From Paragordius varius (lineage: Eukaryota > Animalia > Nematomorpha): a stretch of 64,000 nucleotides of DNA. Under the pieces are notes generated by a model. The model worked only from the letters and a program-made list of their open reading frames with translations, ran no database searches and had not been told where the DNA came from. Positions within the stretch are counted from its first letter, which is position 1, and each line of letters starts with the position of its first letter. Below are positions 51,385 through 64,000 of this stretch, piece by piece. Location of the stretch: NCBI GenBank assembly GCA_964247055.1, contig OZ176057.1, forward strand, positions 4,402,001 to 4,466,000. The letters are read 5' to 3'. The position numbers and the translations under genes were made by a program.

Positions 51385-51465
51385 GAACAACCTTTGAAAC
51401 TTTGCTAATAAGAAAAGGCACAAAAACAAAACTTTTTAAATTGGATAAAAGAACCAATCGACGAG
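51385..51465 (+). CDS. Candidate exon 6 of 7
   Basis: ttttttgcag|(G)TTFETLLIRKGTKTKLFKLDKRTNRR+G|gtaatg; strong splice sites, 100-nt upstream intron, phase 1/1. Confidence 0.68.
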
Positions 51466-51834
51466 GTAATGTTTTATCATATTATTTGTCATATATATAA
51501 TAATTTTTTAAAAGAAACAAGATAATTAGCAGAGCTAAAGATTATAATTAAAATAAACAATAGTTGCAAAATAATGATTTTTGGTTTTTGGGAAAAATTA
51601 TTTAAGTGAATAAATATAGCATTTTATAAATTGCCATTTGTCATAGGATATATTCTTAAACACAGAAGGTTATTTCAAGCATTTCAGCTGTAGGAAAGAA
51701 TGTTAAAAGATAAATATCATATAATACACCATTTTTACAAGCACACTTTTTGACCAAACGCGACATTTTTTCAAGTTAAATCGTTGAAAAAGTGTTGATA
51801 TTGGCTAAAAATTATATATATATATATATATATA

Positions 51835-52408
51835 TACTATTTGCACTTCAAGAGTGTCCTTGAACAATTCAAGTTGGTCCTTGAACAATTCAAGGTGGTC
51901 CATGAACATTACAAGTTGGTCCTTGAACACTTTAAGTTGGTCCTTTAACTTTTTTATTTTGTTTTTAACTTTTATTAATCAAATCGTAAATAATTCATCT
52001 ATTTTATTGTATTTAACCTATTTTTATTTAACATAAATTTTTAATTGATATCATCTTTTAATCTCTGAGAACCGTATATCTTTATTAAATTCTCATAATA
52101 ATTTTGGATGTTTATAAGATTTTAACACGAAATGAAAAATATATAAGTTTTCTGGGTTATTAATTAAAATTTTTTATTAAAAACATTTGAAAGTTAAAAA
52201 TTTTGTTCAATTGAAAAAAAATAGTTTAAAACAAAAAAATTGTTTTTCAATATAATTTTTTATTTTTAAATGAATAAATATATAGTAAATAAAGAAATTA
52301 GGTTAAATAATAAAATATAAAAATAAATGCAAAAATTATGGTTAAATCAAAATTTATAAATTTTAAGGACCAACTTGAAGTGTTCAAGGACACTTTTGAA
52401 GTGCAAAT

Positions 52409-52412
<4 letters not shown>
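51835..52412. mobile_element. Family E MITE embedded in (TA)n
   Basis: (TA)n|TACTATTTGCACTTCAAG...GAAGTGCAAATGGTA|(TA)n; 4 left units and 1 right unit. Confidence 0.92.
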
Positions 52413-52447
<35 letters not shown>

Positions 52448-53385
52448 TGCCATTTTTTTATATTTTGAAACTATTTGGAAAACTATTTTTAACTAAAAAA
52501 GAGTACGTTGCATATAAGGGAAATACGAAAAATTTAAGCAGTCATATTTTTTAAAAATAATTATGTAATAAATTGTTTTCTAATCGAAATGGCCAAAACT
52601 TTGCATATCAATAGTTATTTATAAAATAAATTAATAAGCATATATGTCAACAAATTTTGATTAAAGCGTTTATGATTATTATTCAAAATACGATTAAAAT
52701 ACCTTTATGTATTGGAATTTAATTAATAAAAATATATATAGTTATTTTGCCGTCTTAGAGAACGGGTTTATCACATGTTTTAATGAGCAAGCCAGATCTT
52801 GACCTTTTCAGATTATCCTATTCTATTTTTAACTATAAGCAAATTTTTGTTTGAAACTTAAATTTGATATTTGCATTGTAACCAAATATCAAAGTTTATG
52901 GCAAGTCATTTGATTCATGGATAAAAAAAGTTAATTGAAAGAGCTGACTGATGAAAATCAGTTTTATGAGTTCATAATACTGATACCAAATTTCTTTCCA
53001 CCTGAAAGCTGGTGAATTAAATTATTAGAATAGAACTAAAAAAAATTTAAATTATATTGATCTTAAACAGTGTATAATCCATAGGGATTTACTCTATCTT
53101 CGTATCCCACAGTTCATAAATTAAAAGACAGCTAAAGCAGTGTTATATATATAAATTAAATTTAAAGTAGTTTAAATGATTCGTTTATGCTAGTGCTGAT
53201 ATTGATTTGATCTTTATTACATTAAGAGATATTAATTATCTTCTGTTTATAAAATTATTTTTGACATATTTTATCTTTAGTTAAACGTCGAATTCCTGGT
53301 ATATGATATTTATCCAATTTTAAAAATGTATTATATATCTATAATTGCAAAAAAATATTGAATAATTATTTATGTAAAGATATAG

Positions 53386-53472
53386 AGAATTTTGAAGTGA
53401 GCGATCCATTTTCCCAAATCGAGGATGATGAAGATACAGATGTGATAGGCGATTTAAATGAGAGTTTGGATG
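53386..53472 (+). CDS. Candidate exon 7 of 7 (the gene probably continues downstream)
   Basis: tatag|(E)NFEVSDPFSQIEDDEDTDVIGDLNESLD+G|gtaaat; acidic, purine-rich coding-like island, phase 1/1. Confidence 0.68.
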
Positions 53473-53816
53473 GTAAATATAGTTGATTTCTATATTTTGA
53501 TCCTTACAATAAGTTTAAAATTAAGCTATTTCGCAATGAAAGGGAAGTAGCAAAGCTACTGAAACTAGGCTAACTTTATAGACAATAATATGAATATCAT
53601 AAAACAAGTTGTAATAAAAACCTTATCCATATTAGATCAACATAAAAATTATATTCTCTAATAATAATTTGTTAAAGCTATGTCAAAATTTTGATCTGTT
53701 TAAATTATAAATATCCTAAATATATGTGAGATAACTTTAATACGAGTTATCTACTTACTCTTACAGTCGATCTTGTTATTAATGTGTCAAAACAAAACAT
53801 GTAATATTTAAAACCA

Positions 53817-54079
53817 CAGAGGCGTAGCTTCCATTATTGGCGCTTGGAGCATGAATGCGTGATGGTGATTCCCTCCCCTTCCATGCGACCCCTTGTGTTT
53901 TAAAAAATTATCAAATTCAAACCTTGCTCATGACCCTTCATAAATGGGTGATTTTTTCATGTATTATTAAAAATAAAACTTTTAAATACCTATTTTCTAA
54001 AATAAAAATATATTAGTATGGCGCAACTATGCCGTCCGGTACATCGGCCTCCTATTCCCTCCCTCTAGCTACTCCTCGG
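53817..54079. mobile_element. hAT-type MITE, degenerate
   Basis: CAGAGGCGTAGC ... GCTACTCCTCGG (10/12 inverted match), GC-rich subtermini; no TSD retained. Confidence 0.55.
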
Positions 54080-55290
54080 TCACAAATTAAACAGTTTTTT
54101 GCACCTTTCCCATTAGGAAGTTGGGTAGTTTTTAAACCTGCCATTATTACTTTAATTGTTTGTATCAATTTCTATTATATTTTAATGAAAATAAACACGA
54201 TCAAACATTCAAGATTACAATATGTAAATTTAAGGCTTCACATTCTTTTTGGACAATTGGCAATACAATAGCGTATTATGTAAAATATATTTTGCCCATA
54301 AATTAAATAATCTAGTGTTGCAAGATAGGAAAAATTGGTTATTAACCATTTATTTTTTTTACCCATATGATACTGTGTAGTCAACCAATAGTAATGTGAA
54401 TGGTTAACATAAATGCTGTATTATTAAATTTCATACATCATAGTAGCCAAATTTAAAGGCCGAAATATAGTTTTTTTATTCGTATTTTTGGGTAGAATAA
54501 CTCAAAATCTTCCGATTATGAAAAAGGCCTCTAGAAAAATTTAAAAAAAATAATTATAGTTATCTGTTTTATTAAAGATTATTGTTATTACGAACAAATT
54601 TATCAAATCAATAGATATTAGTACGATATATAACATATAAATTCTCAATTTAAATCCTTTTCATAATGCTATAAATGAAATAAAGTCGAAAATTAACTCC
54701 AAAATATGAAACTGGAAAAATGTTATGAGAAACACTTCGTTACTAGTTTCATGCTTATTTGTACCTATGATCAAAAACTTGGGTGAAAATATTTTAAAAG
54801 AGTATTTATATGGCAAAAAATATGCATATGGAAAAAATGGAAATTATAAGCATTTTAAATTAAATTTAAAAAAAAATTTAAAAAATATATATATACTTTA
54901 CATGTAAAGTTTAATTCAAGAAAACTAAATTGTATAATGTTTTTTAAAATTCATATATATTTTCATCCCATGTACCAAATATGTAATATAAAAGAGTTTA
55001 TACTAAATTAGCCTTTTTAGGCAGAATTATTTTTTATTTAAATTTGATCCCACATGCCAATTAATACTTTTAATATGATTTAAGCCGATTTTTCAATTTT
55101 ACGCTATTTTATGTAGAAACTCATTAAACAAGCTATAAAATTTGTTAATTATAATTTTTGTTGCAAATGCCTAAATAAAAAATTATTCGACAAACTCAAA
55201 AAACAGATAACTGTTTAGAGCGAGTATTTTTCATACATGAATAGTGGCCCCCAATTTTGAGGTTCTGACAGCATCTGACCAAAATTTGGC

Positions 55291-55332
<42 letters not shown>

Positions 55333-55799
55333 TATAAATATAGTTATAGATGAAAATTTAGAAAACTTGGAACAAAGCATTTTAAGTATCTAATATTTTA
55401 AAATAATTTTTATGCACGTTTTATTAAAACCAAATATTAGGTGGAGAAATGAGCGCAGGTATGATATATTAGATAAACTTGTAAATGTTATTTAAATTAT
55501 ACAAAATATTACATATATTAATTTTTAAAAGTGATATAAAGGCACAATAAATCCATCAAGAATAAAATTTGAACTGGTATTAATCTGATTTTTAGGGATA
55601 AGGATCTGCATAATTATTGACATACCACTAAATAACATCCTTTTATGAACTTTCATCCAGTAACTAAAGGATGTTACCTACTAATGAACTTTTTCTATGA
55701 AAGATATTACAAAATTCTGGTTAAAGTATTTTGTTAGCAAAAAATTGTAAGTAAATATTTATATAGAAATAAGTGTTGATAAATAAATTTCAGTATCTA

Positions 55800-56700
55800 T
55801 ACGCTATACATAGATTTGAGTGTAGAGAGATATTAATTAAAAATGAGAATTAGCTATTCGACCTCTTGATAGAATGGCTATTTATGTATGGAACGGATAG
55901 GATTGAGAAGATTCGCAACAAAACTTTACGAAAGTTAATACAATTTTTTCAAAAGCGGCAATATAGATCAATTATAAAACCATTGCTGTAAAATATATTA
56001 AGTAAGGCATTTCATTTTATATACATTTATAACGTTATACATGCGTAAGTTCAATCTCTCATTTTGTTAGGTCTGCAAAAAGTAATATAGAAGGAAATTA
56101 TAAGAGGCAAAAAGAAGGAGTTTTTAATACGGTTTAATGTGGTATAATCAATAACACAATAGTAACTGATCTGAAGATGAAAACAATGTTTGCTGATAAA
56201 ATATCGTACGCAATTATATAGAAAGCATGGTCTGATTGCATGTAAGGAGAAGAGACTATTTGAAAAGTGGTTGTTTAGCATTAAGGATTAAAATAAATCA
56301 TAATCATAGCTAGCTAAAAAAGTTTTATATTAAGTTGAATTCTAAAGAGGTTGTACAATTAATTCAACAGCAAATAGGAATTTAAATTTAATAAAATTTA
56401 TAAAATTAGGTAGGGAGGTTTGGCGTGTCAATATCAAACGTGGCAACAAGAAACGGGAGCTCATTTCTGGTGAATGGTAAATAGAGAAATATATTCTATG
56501 AAATAAGTAGATAAACACAAAAGTTTACCAATCACTTAAGTCAACAACAGTCATATTAATGGCAAAGGTCGAATTAAGAGAATGTTTAAAAGCTAATAAA
56601 AAAAACTACCATGCCAGATGATATAAATATTGGGCTCTGGAGTGGGTAGGATGTATATTTATCTAATAAAATATCATGGAAAGCCATTTTTAAGCTATAT
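55800..56700 (+). mobile_element. Possible highly decayed non-LTR retrotransposon 3' region
   Basis: Purine-rich strand with scattered motifs (IKLGR; ETGAHF followed by a frameshifted LV(E)C) resembling a LINE C-terminal zinc finger. Weak. Confidence 0.25.
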
Positions 56701-56889
56701 AATGTGGCTATTAACGAAAAGGGGGAAAAACATTCTAATACAGGGGCATACACGTTTACCACAAAATGAAGTTATTTGAATTATAGACTGTTGAGATAAA
56801 TAAGTGTAAATTAATTTCATGCAGTAAAAAGAGTGAAAAGAATAATAGCTGAAAAAGAAAAATGGTTTATACGCAGATTTGACATATAA

Positions 56890-57133
56890 CATTTTTTTTA
56901 CAGTTAAAATTCATTCTAAACAATTCGAATTCACCCTCAAACAATTCTTTACCCTAAAATAAAAAACTATATTTTTTTATATTTTTTTAATAAAAAGCGT
57001 TTAAAATTAATATAATGCTGAAATCTATGCCATAAGAATATATTTTATACCAATGATTATACCGAAAACACATAATTTATTTTTAGTTAGAATTTCGAGG
57101 GTGAAGTTGGTTGAATTTGAATTGTAAATGCTA
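56890..57133. mobile_element. Family F MITE, diverged
   Basis: aacaattcgaattcaccctcaaacaattc on the left; gagggtgaa..gaatttgaattgtaaatgcta|ta on the right. Confidence 0.7.
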
Positions 57134-59128
57134 TATAAAATTTTGAAATATCAAAAGAGGCGATTTGTTGGTGTCCAAAACAAAAGGAGTAGTACCGGGC
57201 TATTATGTTCTGTTGCCATGTATAAGGGACATTCAACCAGTGTAAAGACAGCTTAAGGGTCATGGTTTTGAATTAAAACAGCGACTATTATAAATCTGTT
57301 TAATATTTATAAGTGTGTAAAGGAAGATAGTTAGATTTTTATGTGTGCCCTATGATCTTACTCTCATATCTGAAAGTTTGGACTTATTTAAAAAATGGAT
57401 CTTTGAAAAGTTGTATTGCGGTTTGATGAATAATTATAAAAGAGCGTTTGTAGCTTTCGGCGTCAATTTAACGTATTTTGATTTAGGACATAATTCATAA
57501 AAGAGTAAATTAAATTGTTATTTGAGTACGATGTTGAGCAAACTATTAGACGTGAATGCTCAAAATAGAGAGATCACTATTATGGTAAATAAGCGATAGC
57601 ATGCTGTTCGTTATTATTTTTTATGAATTTTTATACTATCTTAATTGAATAACAAAAATTGCAATAAATGAACTAAGCGAATATTTCCATGTTTTTGCCA
57701 CAACTAGGGTGACTGTATATTAATAGAATTGTTTAACTTCAAATACATATAATTTATTACCATACCTTTAACCGAATAAATATTATTTGGATCGAATGCT
57801 GTATCTTTTAGTTTTAAATTATTTATTTTAAATTTTTTTTTGAAATCGTATAATATGGGAAAGTCGTTGCGAAGCTTAAAAAATTAAAGACTTTAAACCA
57901 AATGTTATCAGTAAAAATCAAAATAATATAATATTTAATAGTTGTAAAGTAAATATTGATCCCAGTTTAATGATTAGCTATTAAATTAAACGTAAAAATG
58001 CGCACGGTATCGATTATGGCGATTTTTTTATAAAATCTTTGCTTTGATATTTAAACTTTAGCGAATTTCGTTGAAGCGTTTTATGTTGGAAACGGTATTT
58101 GGGTTTTTTAAATAATCATTAAAAAGTTACCTATAAAAGCAAACAAATCTTCACATCCAAGTGAACAGATATATATACAAAGGTGATTTTAATATTAAAG
58201 TGTTATACCGACACCATGCCCCAAATTGCCCTAAAATACAGTTCAACAAAAAAGTTTAAGCCGATGCATTTTTTTAATCATCATGTTTTTTGTTAGAATC
58301 TAGCTCATATTAAAAATTCTTATCGTCCAATCACGGCATTTTTGTGTTTATTTTAAGAAAACTTATTTCAAAAAAATTATAAGCGGTTGATATGTGCAAA
58401 TTTCGGGATTTTTTCATATGACAATTTTAACTAAGTGATAACGGCTTTTTTTAAAAACTCGTTTGCCAAAAGCACTATAAAAATTTACTCTGAAAATAAA
58501 ATGTGTAATGCGATAAGCTATCAAAGCTAAAGCTTAACTAATTTTCAGAAATCATTCTCTAAAGTGCAAACGGTTAACAACTCAAATTATATATTATATA
58601 TATAAATCTAATTAAATTTTAGAGGAAGCCGAGCAACGTAATTTTACATTTGATTAAATATTGTATCCAATTTTGAAAATGCAATTTTCATGATTTAAAC
58701 GCTAGATTCAAAAAAAGTAGATTGAAAAAAAAATACCTCAAACCTTTTCATCTCCCTTTTTGTTTTTTTAAATTGTAAACAACAGGCTAATAATATATGC
58801 ATGGTAAACAACTTACATAACTTTTTAGAAAGCATTTACATTAAAACATCAATTTTGAAATCATTGATTTTACTAACAATTATTTGTATTAATCGGCTAC
58901 CCAATTTTGGAATGTAAAAATTTGAAAATACTCTTTATGACCATTAATAAAGGATGTTGTGATTTAATTTTTACAAATATAAGTACTGAGCCAGCCCCAA
59001 AATATAGTCATCTACAAAAAAAATTTTAATTGAAATGAACTGTAAATAATTTTGATTGATAATTTTAGGATAGAATTATTGGCATACGTTAATATATTTA
59101 ATATATTATATATATATATATATATATA

Positions 59129-59710
59129 TACTATTTGCACTTCAAGAGTGTCCTTGAACACTTCAAGTTGGTCCTTTGACTTTTTTTGTTTTGTTTTTAA
59201 CTTTTAACAATCAAATCGTAAAGTTTTATTGTTTTTTACATATTTTCTATTATTTAACATAATTTTTAATCGATATCAACTTTTAATCTTTGAGAAACCG
59301 TATATCTTTATTAATTTCTTAAAATAATTTAGGATATTTATAAGATTTTAACGCGAAATGAAAAAATATATAAGTTTTCTGGGCTATTAATTAAATTTTT
59401 CAATAAAAACACTTAAAAGTCAATAATTCCATTCAATAAAAAATAGTTTGAAACATAGTTTTTAAATAAAAATTTTTATTTTTAAATGAATAAATATATA
59501 ATAAATAAAAAAATTAGGATAAATAATAAAATAAAAAATAAATGCAAAAATTATGGTTAAATCAAAATTTATAAATTTTAAGGATTAACTTGAAGTGTTC
59601 AAGGACCAACTTAAATTGTTAAGGACCAACTTGAATTGATCAAGGACCAACATGAACTGTTTAAGGACCAACTTGAAGTGTTCAAGGACACTCTTGAAGT
59701 GCAAATGGTA
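59129..59710. mobile_element. Family E MITE embedded in (TA)n
   Basis: (TA)n|TACTATTTGCACTTCAAG...CTTGAAGTGCAAATGGTA|TATA; 1 left unit and 5 right units. Confidence 0.92.
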
Positions 59711-62060
59711 TATATATAATATTATTATATATAGAACTTCAAATATTAAGCCAAAATGTTCAACGTAAGTGATTATCTTATAAATATTTAAGTTTGTTTT
59801 TTTAATATTACAATACGATTTAAGATATTGGAAATCATGTGAACTATGATGGCTCAAATTGTAATATTATTTTCTTATTATAATCAATTTATATAATTAA
59901 CTTAAATCTTTATTTAAAGATTTTATTGTTTAAAATTAAAATAAATAATTATAATAAGGGGTTTTTGGGGTTTTTTTAGAGCATCGTATTTTAATAGTAA
60001 TCAAATTAAACTAAAAGTTATTTCTTCTGCTTTTAACCAATTTCATCCCTTATTGGGGCACATAGAAATAAACACAAATAATGGAAAACGCTTAAAATTT
60101 TATTTATTAATGTGTGTCGAGATTCGAAACTCACAACGGTATTTTTTAAATCTACACATTATGAGAAGTCTTGAAAGCTTTATAACCCAATAAACGTGTT
60201 TAAAAAATAATCGAAGCCTTATAAAATAAGAAATTTTTTGATATTTAGGACCAAAGCATAAGTAGCGTAAAATTAAAAAAACTTCATTATTTATGATATA
60301 GATATTTTTTCTATACAGCATATGCGGAAATTCATAGACACTTGATTTAGGAAATTTTCTTGCCTTAAAGCCGGAAAAAATAGCCAAAATGGCTTGGCAA
60401 AACATTTTAATACAATTTTTAGGCATATAAATACAAAAACTCAAGTTTTTTTCTGCATCGATCCATAAAAAATACTTAAATGGGAGTAGGTAAAAGCAAG
60501 GCAATAAAAAAAATTTTTAAGGCTTATATCATTTTTACACGCGATATATTGAATCAACTCCTTATGTATATATATATAGTAAATATATGATGAGTAAACT
60601 AAAATAATCTTTTGATATATTCGCAAGTCGTGATTCAAACCTGACGCAAAAGTGCGATTTTTCTTATTCATAGTATTTCAAAGATTTTTAAACCGTGGCT
60701 TTTATCCAAAGCATTTTGCGTTTAATATTATCTTTATAACACATAATATAATTCAGTTGACGCGTTTTCCTTCATTGTATTCATTTTTATTTGCCCTAAT
60801 GTACTATGAAAATAATGCATTTTTTTTATACCGGTAAAATACTTTTTTCTACTATTTTAACCGCTGATAATTATTTAAATGTTCATAATTGTAAAGCTTT
60901 TTCGGATTGAATTGTAAAATATGTTATATTTGAAGAAAAATTTGGCGTGTATCACAGTGTGAAAAATTGGGGATGAATTCCTCAAGGATTACACCTAGTT
61001 TAATATGACCGTTGTGACATCTACATGTCTAAAATGCAAAAATAAAAATATGACATTTTTGAAAACAATTTTCCCATTTTTTTAGCTATAATCGGGAAAA
61101 ATCTTATTTCCATATTATGTGATCATGAATTAAACTTATGCATGATATAAATGATATTGATTGAATTTTTTTAGAACCTGGCTTATATGAATGGATAGAT
61201 TTAAAACTAACCAATTTAGTAAAGGGGAAATTAAGCTTTTTATATTTACAACATAAAAACTAATCAGTTAAAATTAAAATTTCGGCCGAATTTTAGTTAA
61301 ACCTTATTTTATAATATATGTATTACTTTTATGAATTATATTGACTCCTATAAAGTCATTTAAAGAATTTTTACCTTAAATTTTTTCAAATAGTTTTTGT
61401 ATTAGCATTTCTAGTGTATGGTATTTTACCCATATTCTATTGATACCAAATACATATTGAAAAAACTATATAAACTTACCCCTAAATATGGATTCGGTCG
61501 AAATTCTCTGCCTTAACTCTGAGAATACCACATTAAAGAGCAGCTGATTGGCATTATATTATTTTTCCATATTCATATCACTTGATTATTGAATTAAAAA
61601 CTACTGCGTCATGATGGATTATTTCGTTACCAATTAAAAGCCACCCAAATACATTTTCTCTATATTTTTAAATATATCTATCCATTTTAAAGAGGCTTAT
61701 ATTTTTAGTCAAGGAATATTTTGTAAGATTTTTGTTGATAATATGGGCGAATTCCAATGGATAAGAAACTTTTTAGCAAATCCACATATTACAATTTATA
61801 AAGAAAATGAAGCAACCATACTCAATAAAGATACACCTTATTGATTAAAAATTGTGCAATGTATTGCAATTAAATTATAATAAAAATACATACTTATACT
61901 ATCAAAATTATTACGGTATAGAATTTTAATTTTAAACACCACATCGAGTTATAGCTTTTTAGGCGCATTTTAAAAGAAATTTAAAAATCCAAAGCTTTCG
62001 CTGATACAAATTTTTTGGTTAATTTGTTAAGAGATAGTTTGTGTCTAAGGAAGAAATTAA

Positions 62061-62500
62061 CACTTTGCACATCATATTGATTTCAGTCTCTCCAAATTGG
62101 GATCTTTGAGACCCTGACCATGTTTGAAATCACTTATGGAACAAATTGAAACTATTGCAAAAGTTTGCACTTGTGTAACATTGATGCGAAATATATAAAA
62201 ATTTATTTAGAAAATCTTAAAATTACTTATTTTATGGATAAAACTTAAATAAAAAATGAAAAAACATTTATCTGTTATATCAATGTTTTATGTGATTTAT
62301 ATAAAAATTAGCTTTAATTGCCTTAGAATCAAATATACACGATATTTTGCTAAAAAATTGTAAAAAAATGGCGTCCAAGTAGTTTGATATGAATTTTTAA
62401 AAACTAAATTTAGAGCTAAAAATTAAATTGAAATGGTTTTTTCAGTAGTTTTTTTAAATCAGCTTAAAACATATCGAGTTAAATCCAATTATATCACATA
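62061..62500 (-). mobile_element. Family A piggyBac-like MITE, diverged reverse copy
   Basis: TTAA|CACTTTG..gatttcagtc..aaattggg start and the aaatggcgtccaagtagtttga core; right end approximate. A smaller core fragment lies at ~38800-38870. Confidence 0.7.
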
Positions 62501-63686
62501 GTTAATAAACTTATGCTTGAATCTATTATAGATATAATCAGTTAATCAGGATACTATTTCCGACTTGTATGATTCCCTCAAATAGATTATATTGGAATTG
62601 ATAAACCGTTATTAAATTTGTTTATAATTAAGGCGTATCAAAATATTTAGCGTTTTGACTTGCAGGATAATGTTTTTTTTAAACAAAAGTTATTACTTTT
62701 GTAATCTGATATATGTATATATATATATATATTATATGATAATAAATTATTATAATAAAATTTTTAAATATATTTAAAAAAACATTATATAAAGTTTCAT
62801 AAAAAAGTGATTAATTTATAAAATTACTCATAATATAAAAATATTTTTAAATATTGGCACAAATTATTTTAATTTATTGAATAGTTTTTCTGTTGTAAAT
62901 AAAGGATCTTAATTTATTAAAATTATAAATTAGGGTATATTCTAAATCTATCCTGAGCCAATGTAAATATATTTAATCAATATATAAAGTTAAGTTTATA
63001 TTCTATTGCACATTATGAAAATAAAATGATTTTAAATTATAGCCATATATAGAAAATGTTGGAAATTTTTTCTATAATATCAATTTTTCCTGTTTTTATA
63101 AGATGTCACGAATGTCATATTGAGCTAGGTCTAATATCTGGAGAAATTTGTTGCGTTTGATTTATTATTGCGCATATTCAAATAAAAAATGAAACAAAGT
63201 ATACTTCAGTATTGATGATAAGTCGATATATAATTTTATGTCTGATTTTTAGCAATGTAAATTAAATAGTGTTAATTGGTAAAATCCGATGGCCGAAACG
63301 ACTAGCTCTTAGGTTGGATAGTTTCTTATACTTATTTCCCGGTTTTCATAATTTAAAAAAAAATGATATCTGTAAATTGAATATGCACCAGAAATTAAAA
63401 CGATTTAACCAAAAAACAAATTACATAAAATATTTATTTTGGTAAAAATATCGCGCTTTAATGAATTTAATTCTGAATAATAAAAAATTATAGAAATGAT
63501 CCCTGCTCCACTTAAATACAATTATTTTTTGGTGCGAAATCTATATTTAACGGTAAAAAATAATTTACCAAAGCTTTTTACTAGACAACTATTAATTGTC
63601 AGCCTGTCCCAATGACAATGTAGTAGAACAACATTCATTATTGTATATATTTTTAAATTTATATTTTAGTTGTGCCAGGTATAAAG

Positions 63687-63734
<48 letters not shown>

Positions 63735-64000
63735 TAAATATTATTAATATATGCTAAAAATATACAAATTGTCACTTAACTTTTTTGTAGATAGCGAATC
63801 TGAAATTAGCAATGGTTTTACATATATTATATATTTTCTAAATTTTATATTAAATTTATCATGTCTTATATTTATCAAAATGTATACTTTGATTTAGAAG
63901 ACTTTGAAAATGATATAGGCGAAAGCGGTAATATAATTTTATGTTTTTTCACATTTCAAATCGAAATATTTTTCAATAAAATCTTAAATTATTTAAAGTC

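Noticed and set aside
57160-63700. Other TGF-beta-like snippets (KRSSTGLLC at ~57190, GCCDL at ~58945, EICCV at ~63150, CPNDNVVEQHSLL at ~63605)
   Set aside because: Isolated short matches that cannot be joined in the correct order and phase; expected by chance when searching six frames.

Overview
Very AT-rich eukaryotic DNA (roughly three quarters A+T by eye), probably from an invertebrate animal, and dominated by transposable elements. I found no rRNA, tRNA, CRISPR array or operon-like structure, and almost all ORFs in the supplied track are artefacts of repeats or AT-rich sequence. Recognisable TE content: hAT (one element with an 8-bp TSD plus fragments), piggyBac-like and Kolobok-like TTAA MITEs, a Tc1/mariner hairpin MITE, two non-autonomous Helitrons with ~300-bp internal tandem units, RTE-type LINE fragments and a Ty3/Gypsy gag-protease-RT remnant. 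The centre (25.8-31.9 kb) holds two decayed IS630/Tc1-type DD34E-family transposase genes. Their terminal inverted repeats are arrays of 21-bp units ending in T(A/G)CCATTT, and about nine non-autonomous MITE relatives, often in (TA)n tracts, are scattered through the window. Candidate host genes, all inferred by manual splicing: a seven-exon plus-strand chain (36.7-53.5 kb) resembling a TGF-beta-family propeptide, a duplicated pair of two-exon 55-aa secreted-peptide genes on the minus strand, and a CUB-like fragment head-to-head with the central transposase. All protein-family assignments come from hand translation and motif recognition; no database searches were run.
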